This document shows, piece after piece, positions 9,737-19,776 of a stretch of DNA of 64,000 bases. Position 1 is the first letter of the stretch, and every line of letters begins with the position of its first letter. Source of the DNA: an uncultured Chloroflexia bacterium (GTDB lineage Bacteria; Chloroflexota; Limnocylindria; Limnocylindrales; CSP1-4); the NCBI GenBank assembly GCA_963745405.1, contig CAVUWY010000002.1, positions 1,317,221-1,381,220 of the forward strand, read 5' to 3'. Both the position numbers and the translations under genes were made by a program. The notes under the pieces were generated by a model. That model did no database searches. It was given only the letters and a program-made list of their open reading frames with translations, and had not been told where the DNA came from.

Positions 9737-10693
9737 ATGGATGCGTCCGGATCCGTCATCGGCATCCAGGGGCTGACCAAGACCTTCGGGAAGGTCCGGG
9801 CCCTCGACGGCCTCGACCTCGACGTGGCTCCCGGAGAGGTGCACGGCTTCCTCGGCCCCAACGGCGCGGGCAAGACCACGACGATCCGGATCGTCCTGGG
9901 CCTCATGCGCGCCAGCGGCGGTCACGTCGAGCTCTTCGGCGCTGACCCGTGGCGCCAGGCCGCGACGCTCCACGCGAGGCTCGCCTATGTCGCCGGCGAG
10001 GTCGCGCTCTGGTCGGGGCTTACGGGTGGGCAGTGTCTCGATGTCCTCGGCGCGACACAGGGCGGGCTCGACGAGGCTCGACGCGCCGCCCTCATCGAGC
10101 GGTTCGACCTCGACCCAACCAAGCGGATCCGCGACTACTCCAAGGGCAACCGGCAGAAGGTCGCCCTCATCGCCGCCCTCGCCACCAACGCCGGACTGCT
10201 CGTGCTCGACGAGCCGACCTCCGGGCTCGACCCGCTCATGGAAGAGGCCTTCCAGGAGGTCGTCCGCGAGAGGCGCAAGGATGGATGCACGGTCCTCCTG
10301 TCGAGTCACATCCTCGGCGAGGTCGAGGCCCTTGCCGATCGGGTGACGATCATCCGCCGGGGCCGGACCGTGACGACCGGAACGCTGGCCGAACTGCGAC
10401 AGCACACCCGCACCCACGTCCACGCGGTGACTGTCGACGCGCCAGACGGCCTCGCTGCCGCGGCGGGCGTCGCGGACTACGGCTCGGAGCGACTCGACGG
10501 CCACGTCGACAGCCGGTTCACCATCGACGCCGAGCACCTCGACGCGGTCGTGGGCCTGCTGCATGCCGCACGGATCCACACCCTCACGGTCACCCCGCCG
10601 AGCCTGGACGAGCTCTTTCTGCGCACCTATGACGGGGACGCCGCGCCTCTCGACGCCACCGAGCTCGGCGAGCCCGTGGAGGCGGCCCGATGA
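9737..10693 (+). CDS. ABC transporter ATP-binding protein
   Basis: GPNGAGKTT, YSKGNRQK, LDEPTSGLD. Confidence 0.93.
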   Translation: MDASGSVIGIQGLTKTFGKVRALDGLDLDVAPGEVHGFLGPNGAGKTTTIRIVLGLMRASGGHVELFGADPWRQAATLHARLAYVAGEVALWSGLTGGQCLDVLGATQGGLDEARRAALIERFDLDPTKRIRDYSKGNRQKVALIAALATNAGLLVLDEPTSGLDPLMEEAFQEVVRERRKDGCTVLLSSHILGEVEALADRVTIIRRGRTVTTGTLAELRQHTRTHVHAVTVDAPDGLAAAAGVADYGSERLDGHVDSRFTIDAEHLDAVVGLLHAARIHTLTVTPPSLDELFLRTYDGDAAPLDATELGEPVEAAR

Positions 10694-12273
10694 GCGCGAC
10701 CGGCCTGCGGGCGATGCTCGGTGTCCAGTGGCGGACGCACCGCCGCGGCACGCTCATCTGGATGCTCGCGCTCATCGCCATGATGGTCGGCACGGCCGGG
10801 TCCATCGCCGGCCTCTACCCCACCCCCGAGAAGATCCACAGCTACGCCGAGGCCGCCACGGCCGGGGAGGCCCTCGTCGCGATCAACGGCCAGGTCGAGG
10901 GGATCGACAGTCTCGGCGGCATCATCCAGGACGAGTTCGGCTTCTTCGCTGCCTTCCTCATCCCCCTGCTCGGGATCAGCCTCGTCGCCCAGGCCACCCG
11001 GGGTGAGGAGGAGGCCGGGCGGCTCGAGGCGGTCCTCGCCGGCCGCGTCGCGCGTCATGTCCCGGTGCTGGCCGGGCTCACGCTCGCGTCCGCCGCCATC
11101 GTGGTCACCACCATCGCGTTCGCGCTCGGGCTCATCGCCTTCGGGGTCCCCGCCACCGGGTCGGTCCTCTACGCGGCCTCCCTCGGGACGCTGGCCTTCG
11201 TCTTCGCCGGGCTCGCGGCACTCCTCGCCCAGGTCACACTGCACGCCCGGGGCGTCTACACGTGGGGCCTGCTCATCCTCGGCGTTGCCTACGTGCTGCG
11301 GGGAGTCGGCGACGTGACGAAGACGTGGGTCACCTGGCTCTCGCCCCTCGGCTGGGCCGAGAAGGCCGCGCCCTTCGGTGGCATGCGGTGGTGGACCCTC
11401 CTGATCCCCCTCGCCGTCGGCGGGCTGCTTGCCGCGTTCGCCATCCTCGTCGCCGGGCGCCGCGACCTCGGCAGCGCGCTCCTTCGCGGTGGTGCAGGCT
11501 CGGCGCGCGCGACCTCGTGGCTGCGCAGCCCGCTCGGGCTCGCGACCGCCATCCACCGTCCGGCGATGCTCGGCTGGCTCGCGGGTGCCGTGATCCTCAC
11601 GGGCACGATGGGCGCGCTCGCCCAGCAGTTCATCAACGCCGTGCTCGGCAACCCGGCCATGGCTGAGGCCTTCGGGATGTCGGGAGCGCGACCTGAGGAC
11701 GCGATGGTCGCCCTCACCCAGCTCTACGCCGCCATTATCGCCACGGGCTATGCCGTCCAGGCCGTCGGCAGCCTGCGCGGCGAGGAGTCCGCGGGACGTC
11801 TCGAGATCCGGTTGTCCGGCACCCTCTCCCGCCTGCGCTGGCTCGCCGCCCACGGGCTGGTCATCGTCATCGGCATCGTAGTCATCATCGTCGTCTCATC
11901 GATCGTGCTGGCTGCGGGGATGGCCTGGTCGATGGGCACGTCGGTGAGCCCGGCTCGAGTGCTCGGAGCGGGCGCGGCCTACCTGCCGGCGGAGCTCCTC
12001 GTCGGCGGGCTGGCGCTCGCGCTCTTCGGCCTTAGCCCCAGGGCGTTCCCGGCGGCTTGGGCCGTCCTGGCGGGCGTGACCTTCATCGCCTTCCTCGGTC
12101 CGGGACTCAAGCTGCCCGGGTGGGTGCTCGACCTCGCCCCGACGACTCATGTCGGCAACCCTCCGCTGGGCACGGTCGAGGCGGCGTCGCTCGTCGTCCT
12201 CGGCGCCATCGCCGCTGCCCTCTGGGTCGCCGCGGCGGTCGGCTTCCGCCGTCGAGGGGTGCCGCAGAACTGA
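10690..12273 (+). CDS. ABC-2 type exporter permease (polyether-antibiotic exporter-like)
   Basis: Many TM helices, two EE.GRLE repeats, LSPLGW; coupled to the ATPase. Confidence 0.85.
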   Translation: MSATGLRAMLGVQWRTHRRGTLIWMLALIAMMVGTAGSIAGLYPTPEKIHSYAEAATAGEALVAINGQVEGIDSLGGIIQDEFGFFAAFLIPLLGISLVAQATRGEEEAGRLEAVLAGRVARHVPVLAGLTLASAAIVVTTIAFALGLIAFGVPATGSVLYAASLGTLAFVFAGLAALLAQVTLHARGVYTWGLLILGVAYVLRGVGDVTKTWVTWLSPLGWAEKAAPFGGMRWWTLLIPLAVGGLLAAFAILVAGRRDLGSALLRGGAGSARATSWLRSPLGLATAIHRPAMLGWLAGAVILTGTMGALAQQFINAVLGNPAMAEAFGMSGARPEDAMVALTQLYAAIIATGYAVQAVGSLRGEESAGRLEIRLSGTLSRLRWLAAHGLVIVIGIVVIIVVSSIVLAAGMAWSMGTSVSPARVLGAGAAYLPAELLVGGLALALFGLSPRAFPAAWAVLAGVTFIAFLGPGLKLPGWVLDLAPTTHVGNPPLGTVEAASLVVLGAIAAALWVAAAVGFRRRGVPQN

Positions 12274-12368
12274 TCGCCCGTATCCTGAGCAGGCCATGGA
12301 TGTACGCGAGACGATGAACGTGGGCCTCGGGCGCACGTCGCTGGTGGTGGCGGCCAGCGACGGCCCGG

Positions 12369-12983
12369 GTGGATAGGCAGGACCGAGCTTCAGACCTGCG
12401 CCACGCCCTGTGGCTGTCTGCGCTCAGCATCGCCTGGAGCGGCGTCGTCGGTTCGATCGCGGTCTACGTCGCCCTGACAAGCGCGAGCCTGTCCCTCCTT
12501 GGGTTCGGCGCCGACGCGGTGATTGACGCCGTCGCCTCGATCGTCCTTGTCTGGCGGTTCATGGTGGAAGCGCGGCAGCCGCACCGAGCCGATCGGGTCG
12601 AACAGGCGGCCGAGCGTGCGGTCGGCCTGGCGCTGATCGCCCTCGCCGTGTATCTCGCGCTTGGCGCCCTGCGCGTGCTGGTCTTCGGCGGCCATCCCGA
12701 GACCACGACCAGTGCCTTGGGGCTATTGATCGCGTCTGTGGTGGTTCTGCCGCCGCTCGCGCTCGCCAAGAACCGTGTGGCGGCGCGGCTCCAGAGTGGC
12801 GCCTTGCGGGCCGACAGCATCCTCACCGCGGTGGCCGCTCTCCTGGCGCTGATCAGTCTCGTCAGCCTCGCCGCGTCCGAGGCGCTCGGGCTATGGTGGG
12901 CTGACGCTGTCGCCGCGCTCGTCGTGAGCGTCATCGTCGTCCGGGAGGGATGGAGCAGCCTGCGGGTGACCGCGATTGCCTGA
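12369..12983 (+). CDS. CDF-like cation transporter (membrane domain only)
   Basis: SLLGFGADAVID, ALRADS, WWADAVAAL motifs. Confidence 0.75.
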   Translation: MDRQDRASDLRHALWLSALSIAWSGVVGSIAVYVALTSASLSLLGFGADAVIDAVASIVLVWRFMVEARQPHRADRVEQAAERAVGLALIALAVYLALGALRVLVFGGHPETTTSALGLLIASVVVLPPLALAKNRVAARLQSGALRADSILTAVAALLALISLVSLAASEALGLWWADAVAALVVSVIVVREGWSSLRVTAIA

Positions 12984-13057
12984 GGCGTCATGGTCCCGCA
13001 GGCGTAGCACCGCAGGCGAACAGACCGAGCCAGCCAGCCCGCCGACGATCTGCGGGG

Positions 13058-13129
13058 AAGCTGTGCACGGTCTGTGGGGTCGTCACCAGCCGCGCGGGCA
13101 GCCGCTGCACGGAGCACGCCCGTCGTCAT
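13058..13129 (+). pseudogene. Remnant resembling a phage HNH endonuclease N-terminus
   Basis: KLCTVCGVVTSRAGSRCTEH (CxxC...CxxH), no intact ORF. Confidence 0.35.
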
Positions 13130-13245
13130 CGAAGGCCCGCGGTTCGTGGGCCTGCGCCTGACCCCTGCCGCCTACCGCCATGGGCTGGCGCTCGCGCTGC
13201 CAGACAAGGTTGCTATGGCGCGCCCGACAGGTGTTGGACACGCGA
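13122..13245 (+). pseudogene. Recombinase-like C-terminal remnant reading through att
   Basis: VVIEGPRFVGLRLTPAAYRHGLALALPDKVAMARPTGVGHA, homologous to the remnant at 19577-19774. Confidence 0.55.
13215..13231. repeat. att core: 17-bp copy of the tRNA-Arg 3' end
   Basis: ATGGCGCGCCCGACAGG is identical to 19776-19792. Confidence 0.85.
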
Positions 13246-13323
13246 TGACGGCGTGTCTTAGGCGGAGCCATTCCGGGCCGTTTAGCACTTCCGCTTTGGG
13301 GCACGCAGCGCCACGATTTCGCG

Positions 13324-13423
13324 CGAAGGGGAGTAGACCCGTCGCTCGCGCGACGCGGGTGGATCGACATACCCGGCTTCGGCCCGGTCCCCCAGCCTCA
13401 CCCCGAGGCGGACGAGACCTTCG
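13324..13423 (+). ncRNA. yybP-ykoY (Mn2+) riboswitch-like, copy 1
   Basis: CGAAGGGGAGTAG...TCGACATAC...GACGAGACCTTCG with a CGAAGG/CCTTCG closing stem. Confidence 0.78.
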
Positions 13424-13592
13424 ACAGCCTTCGCGTGGACCGAGGTCGCCCACCACGCAAGGACCCGTCGGTCGTCCAAGGCCAACGGCGCTTCGTCTGG
13501 CGCGCCCGCCAGGTCGTCGCGTCGAGCCGATCGGCTGGATCGCCGTCGGACGCACTGGGCCTGCCGCAAGGACCGGAGGCAAGGAGATGCAT

Positions 13593-14057
13593 GTGACAGG
13601 ACAGCCGGAGCAGTCACCGTTTCTGCCGCCGCGCTGGTTCATCCGCTTGTTCTGGACAGTGCAGCGTGCCGTCTATTCCCTCACGCGCGGTCGATTCGGC
13701 CTTCGGATCGCGACGGCCGACCACCAGGGCATGATGCGCCTGCGGACGGTCGGACGCCGCAGCGGCGAGGAGCGCAAGGCCATCCTCGCCTACTTCGAGG
13801 ACGGTCCCGACCTGGTCACGATGGCCATGAACGGCTGGGCCGATCCCGAGCCAGCCTGGTGGCTCAACCTGCAGGCCCATCCCGACACCATCGTCGACCT
13901 GCCCGGTGGGTCGCGCGTCGTCCATGCCCGGGCAGCGGGCCCGGACGAGCGGCCACGCCTATGGGCCAGGTGGGCCGCATTTGACAAGGAACTCGACGCC
14001 TTTGCGGCCCGCCGCTCGCGCGAGACCGCGGTCGTCATCCTGTCGCCCCCCATCTGA
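13593..14057 (+). CDS. Deazaflavin (F420)-dependent nitroreductase family protein
   Basis: LRTVGRRSGEER...NG...PAWWLNLQAHP; AAGGAG RBS. Confidence 0.85.
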   Translation: MTGQPEQSPFLPPRWFIRLFWTVQRAVYSLTRGRFGLRIATADHQGMMRLRTVGRRSGEERKAILAYFEDGPDLVTMAMNGWADPEPAWWLNLQAHPDTIVDLPGGSRVVHARAAGPDERPRLWARWAAFDKELDAFAARRSRETAVVILSPPI

Positions 14058-14138
14058 GGAGGGGTCCTCCATGGACCTTGAGCATTTCAGACCAGTGGCG
14101 AGGCCCGTGGGCCTGCCAGAACGATGGGAGAGAAGGGA

Positions 14139-14891
14139 ATGAATACGAGCCGAACGATCGCCGAAGCGACGCGCGCGCCGGGCATGAGCGCGGATCGGAA
14201 GGCCGCCGTCTGGATCGGCGTGCTGTACATCATCGGAACGGCTGGCATGGTCCTCAGCGCCCTCGTCACGAACGCGGTCCTGTCCGGCTCGGCCTACCTT
14301 GCCCAGGTCGCCGCAGAGCCGAACCGGGTGGCCCTCGGAGCCCTGCTCCTCCTGGGAGCGGGTCTCGCGCTCGCGCTGGTCCCGGTCGTGTTCTGGCCGA
14401 TCGGCAGGCGATACAACGAGACCCTGGCCATGGGGTACGTCGTCTTTCGCGGCGCACTCGAGTCGGTCTTCTATGTCGTCACGGCGCTCGTCTGGCTGCT
14501 GCTGATCGCACTCAGCACAGAGCCGGATGCTGGACCGCTCGCCGGCTTGGTGCGCACGACCGAGACCGTGATCTGGGATCAGCTGATCGCCATCCCGTTC
14601 GTTCTCGGCGCGCTGATGTTCTACGTCGTGCTCTACCAGTCGCGGCTCGTCCCCCGGTGGCTGTCGGCCTGGGGGCTCGTGGGGGCCGTCCTCTACATCG
14701 TGGCGCCGCTCGGCAGCATGTTCGGGCTCTCGCTCGGCTTCTTCATGGCGCCGCTCGCCCTGCAGGAGATGGTGATGGCGGTCTGGCTGATCGCCAAGGG
14801 CTTCGATCCATCTGCCATCGCTGCCGCCTCTGCCGGTGACACGTCGCGGTTGCGAGCCGCTCCGAGTACCGGGTCGGTCGCAGCAGCCTAG
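14139..14891 (+). CDS. DUF4386-like membrane protein
   Basis: YQSRLVPRWLS.WG and EMVMAVWLIAKGF motifs; start could be 14124. Confidence 0.8.
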   Translation: MNTSRTIAEATRAPGMSADRKAAVWIGVLYIIGTAGMVLSALVTNAVLSGSAYLAQVAAEPNRVALGALLLLGAGLALALVPVVFWPIGRRYNETLAMGYVVFRGALESVFYVVTALVWLLLIALSTEPDAGPLAGLVRTTETVIWDQLIAIPFVLGALMFYVVLYQSRLVPRWLSAWGLVGAVLYIVAPLGSMFGLSLGFFMAPLALQEMVMAVWLIAKGFDPSAIAAASAGDTSRLRAAPSTGSVAAA

Positions 14892-15065
14892 AGCGTCGCC
14901 ACGGTCGAGGAGGGCACCTGAAATGCCGCGACGACGTTCGCCACGACGATGTCCTCCATGTGCTCGCCGACCATGCTCGTTCCTGGAGCGTCCATTCCGA
15001 ACGGCCAGACGATTCAGGGCCGTCCAGCACTATCTGGACGGAACGGGCCCCGGCTAGGATCCGAG

Positions 15066-15165
15066 CGAAGGGGAGTAGACCCGTCGCGCGTGCGACGCGG
15101 GTGGATCGACATGCCGGCTTAGGCCCGGTCCCCCCAGCCTCACCCCGAGGCGGACGAGACCTTCG
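15066..15165 (+). ncRNA. yybP-ykoY (Mn2+) riboswitch-like, copy 2
   Basis: Same motif as copy 1, TAGGAT -10 just upstream, in the leader of a P-type ATPase (classic context). Confidence 0.82.
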
Positions 15166-15241
15166 ACCAGCTATCGCCTGGTTCGAGGTTGCCACCACCC
15201 AAAGGCACCTCACCAGACCAGCAAGTGTCGAGGTGCCGCAC

Positions 15242-18058
15242 GTGTCCGATCCCATCCATCCCGGCTCGACGGCGGTCGACGGCGACCCGCGATCGCGGCT
15301 GCCTGCCTCCCCGGAACAGGGGCCGATCGCCTGGTGGGCGTCCACACCCGACGTCGCGATCGCCGAGCTCGGCTCGGCCGCGTCGCTCGGGTTGACATCG
15401 GCGGCGGCCGCCGCCCGCCGCGCGGTCGACGGTCCGAACGAGCTCGTCGAGGCTGCAACGAAGCCGGCTTGGCGAGTATTCCTCGGCCAGTTCGCGAGCA
15501 CGATGATCATCGTCCTGCTCGGAGCCGGCCTCGTCATGGCACTGATCGGCGATCTGACCGACGCGGCCGTGATCGCTGCCGTCATCGTCCTCAATGCGCT
15601 GATCGGGTTCGGCCAGGAGCACCGGGCCGAACGAGCGATGGCCGCGCTCAGGCAGATGACGCAGCCCCTCGCCCGCGTCGTCCGCGACGGCGTGGTCAAG
15701 ACCGTCCGCGCCGGCGACATCGTCCGCGGAGATATCCTCCATCTCGACGCGGGTGATCTCGTCGCCGCCGACGCGAGGCTGATCGACGCGCCGAACCTCC
15801 AGGTCAACGAAGCCGCACTGACCGGCGAATCCGTACCGGTCGAGAAGACCGCCGACATCCTGGCGCCCGGCGAGGGCCAGCTGGTGGCCGATCGGCGGAA
15901 CATGGTCTTCCGCGGGACGGCGATCGCGTACGGACGCGGCCGTGCCGTGGTCACGGCCACCGGGATGCACACCGCCCTTGGCGAGATCGCCGGCCTCCTG
16001 CAGTCCCACGCCGCGCCACCGACCCCGCTCCAGCGGCAGCTCGCGGTGCTCGGCAGGTGGATCGCGATCGGAGCCATCGCGATCTGCATTCTCGTCTTCG
16101 TCATCGGCGTCGCGCGAGGCGAACCGATCGACGTCATGTTCTTCACCGCTCTCAGCCTGGCGGTGGCTGCGATCCCGGAGTCGCTGCCAGCGGTCGTCAC
16201 CGTCTCGTTGGCCCTCGGCGCTCACCGGATGGCGAAGCAACACGCCCTGATCCGCAAGCTCAGTGCAGTCGAGACACTGGGCTCCGTCACCGTCGTTGCC
16301 AGCGACAAGACTGGCACCCTGACCCAGGGACGGATGTCGGTGGAGAGGCTCTGGACCCTGGCTGGTTCGTTCCGAGTCTCCGGCGACGGCTACGAACCTC
16401 GCGGGATCTTCGAAGGCGCCGACGGAGAGGTCGAGTCGCACGCCGTCCGGGTGCTCGACGATCTCGTCCTCGCGGCGGCGCTCTGCAACGACGCCTCGCT
16501 CGTTCCGCCGGACCAGCCCGGCGCAGCGTGGGGAGTCTCGGGCGACCCCACCGAGGGCGCGCTGCTGGCGCTCGCCGGCCGTGCCGGCCTGGATCGCGCG
16601 GCCACGATCGAGCGACACCCGCGCGTCGCCGAGCTGGCCTTCGACTCGGAGCGCAGGCGGATGACCACAGTCCACAGCGCGTCGGACGGCCGTCTGCTCG
16701 TCGCTTCGAAGGGAGCGCTTGAGGCCGTCCTCCCCATCGTCACCCAGATCGCCGACCGCGATGGAGAGCGACCGATCACCTCGGCGGATCGTGACCTGAT
16801 CCGGGCGGCAGCAGAGGCCGACTCGGCCGCCGGCTACCGCGTGCTGGCGGTCGGTGGCGGGCGGCTTGCCTCGTCCGCAGGGGATCCCCCGGCATCGCTC
16901 GGCGCCGTTGAGCGCGACCTGGTGCTGTATGGGCTCGTGGCGCTCGCCGATCCTCCCCGCTCGGCATCCGCGGACGCCGTCGCCGCTGCTCGCTCCGCCG
17001 GCATCACCCCGATAATGGTGACCGGCGATCACCCGGCCACGGCACGCGCGATCGCCACCCGCCTCGGCATACTCACCCCGGGTCGCGCCGTGATGACCGG
17101 GGCCGAGCTCGAGTCCGAAGGCCCCGAGCACCTCGCGCGCCACGTCGGCGATGTCGCCGTCTACGCGCGGACGACGCCCGAGCAGAAGCTCGATATCGTC
17201 GCGGCGTGGCAGGCTCGGGGAGCCGTCGTCGCCATGACGGGCGATGGCGTGAACGATGCCCCGGCCCTCCGCAAGGCGGACATCGGTGTGGCGATGGGCA
17301 TCAGCGGCACCGAGGTCTCGAAGGAGGCCGCGGACATGGTGCTGGCGAATGACAACTTCGCCACCATCATCGGAGCCGTTCGCGAGGGGCGCAGGATCTA
17401 CGACAACATCCGGCGCTCGGTCCGATTCGGGCTGACCGGCGGTTCGGGTGAGATCTGGCTGATCTTCCTCGCGCCCTTCGTCGGGCTCCCTCTCCCGCTG
17501 CTCCCGATCCAGATCCTGTGGGTCAACCTCGTCACGCACGGGCTGCCAGGTGTTGCTCTTGCGGTCGAGCCGGCGGAACCCGACGTCATGCGCCACCGGC
17601 CTCGGCCGCGCGACGAGGCGATCCTCTCGGGTGGGCTCTGGCAGCACATCCTCTTCGACGGACTGCTCCTCGGGGCGGTGTGCCTTGGCATCGGGCTGTG
17701 GGGCTACATGTCCGACCGACCGTGGCAGACGATGGTGTTCACCGCACTGGCCCTCCTGCAGCTGGGCAACGCCCTGGCCTTGCGCTCGAACCGGCAGTCA
17801 GTGTTCCGGCTGGGCCTGCGCGGCAACCCGTTCCTGCTCCTCGTGCTCGTCGGGACGCTGGTCCTCCAGCTCATCCTCATCTACTGGTCACCGGCCCAGC
17901 GGCTCCTCTCGACCGAGGCGCTGAGTCCCCTCGACCTCACAGTCGTCCTGATCGCCTCGACCTTCCTGTTCTGGGTGGTCGAGATCCAGAAGCTGATCAG
18001 CCGCCGGTCCTCCCGCGCGCTGCCGGTCGCGCCGTCTCGCTCCCTGGGAACGATCTGA
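15242..18058 (+). CDS. P2-type cation-transporting ATPase (Ca2+/Mn2+)
   Basis: TGES, PESLP, DKTGTLT, TGDGVNDAPAL; GAGGTG RBS before GTG. Confidence 0.93.
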   Translation: MSDPIHPGSTAVDGDPRSRLPASPEQGPIAWWASTPDVAIAELGSAASLGLTSAAAAARRAVDGPNELVEAATKPAWRVFLGQFASTMIIVLLGAGLVMALIGDLTDAAVIAAVIVLNALIGFGQEHRAERAMAALRQMTQPLARVVRDGVVKTVRAGDIVRGDILHLDAGDLVAADARLIDAPNLQVNEAALTGESVPVEKTADILAPGEGQLVADRRNMVFRGTAIAYGRGRAVVTATGMHTALGEIAGLLQSHAAPPTPLQRQLAVLGRWIAIGAIAICILVFVIGVARGEPIDVMFFTALSLAVAAIPESLPAVVTVSLALGAHRMAKQHALIRKLSAVETLGSVTVVASDKTGTLTQGRMSVERLWTLAGSFRVSGDGYEPRGIFEGADGEVESHAVRVLDDLVLAAALCNDASLVPPDQPGAAWGVSGDPTEGALLALAGRAGLDRAATIERHPRVAELAFDSERRRMTTVHSASDGRLLVASKGALEAVLPIVTQIADRDGERPITSADRDLIRAAAEADSAAGYRVLAVGGGRLASSAGDPPASLGAVERDLVLYGLVALADPPRSASADAVAAARSAGITPIMVTGDHPATARAIATRLGILTPGRAVMTGAELESEGPEHLARHVGDVAVYARTTPEQKLDIVAAWQARGAVVAMTGDGVNDAPALRKADIGVAMGISGTEVSKEAADMVLANDNFATIIGAVREGRRIYDNIRRSVRFGLTGGSGEIWLIFLAPFVGLPLPLLPIQILWVNLVTHGLPGVALAVEPAEPDVMRHRPRPRDEAILSGGLWQHILFDGLLLGAVCLGIGLWGYMSDRPWQTMVFTALALLQLGNALALRSNRQSVFRLGLRGNPFLLLVLVGTLVLQLILIYWSPAQRLLSTEALSPLDLTVVLIASTFLFWVVEIQKLISRRSSRALPVAPSRSLGTI

Positions 18059-18128
18059 TGACTGAGACCCAGTCCCGCTCCGATCGCTGTACCGGGTCGG
18101 ATCATGTTGGTAGCCTCAGGAGCGATGT

Positions 18129-18726
18129 ATGAAGGCCATCGTCAATCGCCAGTACGGCCCACCTCGCGTTCTCGAGCTCGAAGACGTCGATACGCCGGCC
18201 CCCACAGGCGATGAGGTGCTGGTGCGAGTCCTCGCGTCTGCGGTCAATCCGGGTGACTGGGACGTGATGCATGGAACGCCGTACGCGCTCCGTCTCGCAA
18301 CGGGACTGCGCCACCACTGAAGACTTCACCAGAAATGGGCAGCAGTACGACCTGATCTTCGACAATGTGGGGAACCGGACGTTGTCGGAGCTCAGGCGGG
18401 CCCTGACTCCTCGCGGCACGCTCATCCCCAACAGCAACAAGGGCAGCGGTCGTTGGATGGGAGGCTTCCTGCGCCGTGCGATCCAGGCGCTCGTGGTGTC
18501 GCCGTTCGTGCCCCAGAGGCTCCGCCCGTTTGCAGCCACCGAGGCGCGTCAGGACCTGGTCGTGCTAACGGAACTCGTCGAGTCCGGAAAGGTCACCCCG
18601 GTCATCGACGGCACGTATCCGCTGAGCGAAGCCGCCGAGGCACTGAACCACTACGGAGCCGGGCACGCCCGCGGAAAAGTCATCATCGCGATGACCCGGA
18701 GCGGGGCTCAGGAACGAGGCACCTGA
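18129..18726 (+). pseudogene. NAD(P)-dependent Zn-type ADH/quinone reductase-like gene with internal deletion
   Basis: N-terminus MKAIV...SAVNPGDW joins out of frame near 18312 to the C-terminal TTEDFT...GHARGKVII; the nucleotide-binding middle is missing. Confidence 0.8.
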
Positions 18727-18727
18727 A

Positions 18728-19102
18728 ATGGCCGAAGTGAGGGTCATCCTCTCGGGGTTGTGGGTGGCCGTGATGCTCACCTACCTCCTCGGGGATGTCT
18801 TGCGCATGTTCGCCGGCGACATCACACCGGGCGAGCTCGGGGGCCGAAAGGCGAGCCAGCGAATGTGGCTGGGGATCGCCGTGATCATGCTGATCCCGAT
18901 CATCATGGTCGTCCTGTCCCTGACGTTGCCGAATCCCGCGATCGGCTGGGTCAACATCGTCGTCGCGGTGCTCGTCGTCGTGTTCAACTTGTTCGGCTTG
19001 CCCTACAAAGGCCTCTACGACAACTTCCTGATCATCGTGAGCTTTGTCTTCAACGCATTGATCGTCTGGTACGCATGGACGTGGGTCTCCAAAGCTGCCT
19101 AG
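18728..19102 (+). CDS. DUF6326-like membrane protein
   Basis: LSGLWVAVMLTYLLGD...IVWYAWTW. Confidence 0.7.
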   Translation: MAEVRVILSGLWVAVMLTYLLGDVLRMFAGDITPGELGGRKASQRMWLGIAVIMLIPIIMVVLSLTLPNPAIGWVNIVVAVLVVVFNLFGLPYKGLYDNFLIIVSFVFNALIVWYAWTWVSKAA

Positions 19103-19174
19103 CCCGGTCGCTGCAATGGTTCAACGCCACCAGGCGGACCGGGGGCAACCACGAACGCGTGGTGGAGGGCGGCG

Positions 19175-19250
19175 ATGCGGTCTGACCTTCGCGTCGTGCT
19201 TCCGGACGGGACCATCGTCGGGTACGCGGAGGCCGGTGACCCTGCAGACC
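19175..19250 (+). pseudogene. Alpha/beta-hydrolase N-terminal remnant
   Basis: LPDGTIVGYAEAGDP, then similarity is lost. Confidence 0.4.
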
Positions 19251-19322
19251 GGACGAGGCTAGCCGACGCAGAGACGCCCTCGGCCATGGGGAGGGCCAGC
19301 GGTCGGACCCGGACGACCAGCG

Positions 19323-19508
19323 CTACCAGTGGCGCCTGCGCTCGACGACGTACAGCAGGACACCGAGAATCAAGTAGGCGACGCTTCCCACAGCGAGGAC
19401 TGCCGGTCGGGCTTCGGGCGCGACATCCCAGACGAGGGCGATCGCACCCAACATGGCCGCGGCGATGACGACCACGACGCTCAGCGTTCGTCCAGGATGG
19501 GTGCGCAT
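19323..19508 (-). CDS. Small 2-TM membrane protein
   Basis: CAGGAG RBS; two hydrophobic helices. Confidence 0.45.
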   Translation of the reverse strand: MRTHPGRTLSVVVVIAAAMLGAIALVWDVAPEARPAVLAVGSVAYLILGVLLYVVERRRHW

Positions 19509-19576
19509 TCTCGCGTCTCCTGAGCACCCAACTCTATGTTCAGTCGCAGGCGGGCACCAGAGCCACACGTCACCAA

Positions 19577-19774
19577 CCTGCGGATCGGGCCGTCGCCTGG
19601 TTGTGGGCCATCGGGGAAATGTGGAGCCGAGTCGATCTACATCAAGAGAAGGCCGACCTCGTCCACGCGATTTACGAGCGGATCACGGTTGTGGGCCCCG
19701 AGATCGTGGGTGTCCGGCTGACCCAGGCGGCCCACGCGCACGGATTGGCGCTGGCGCTGCCCGAAAAGGTTTGA
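19577..19774 (+). pseudogene. Recombinase-like C-terminal remnant adjacent to tRNA
   Basis: PADRAVAWL...EKADLVHAIYERITVVGPEIVGVRLTQAAHAHGLALALPEKV*; an extra T makes a stop just before att. Confidence 0.55.
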
Positions 19775-19776
19775 AA

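Noticed and set aside
12274-12376. Gene remnant before the cation transporter
   Set aside because: Possible C-terminal fragment, but no family can be assigned.
13074-13592. N-terminal extension of the nitroreductase ORF
   Set aside because: It reads through the recombinase remnant, att and riboswitch; the RBS supports a start near 13593.
14960-15241. N-terminal extension of the P-type ATPase
   Set aside because: It overlaps the promoter and riboswitch.
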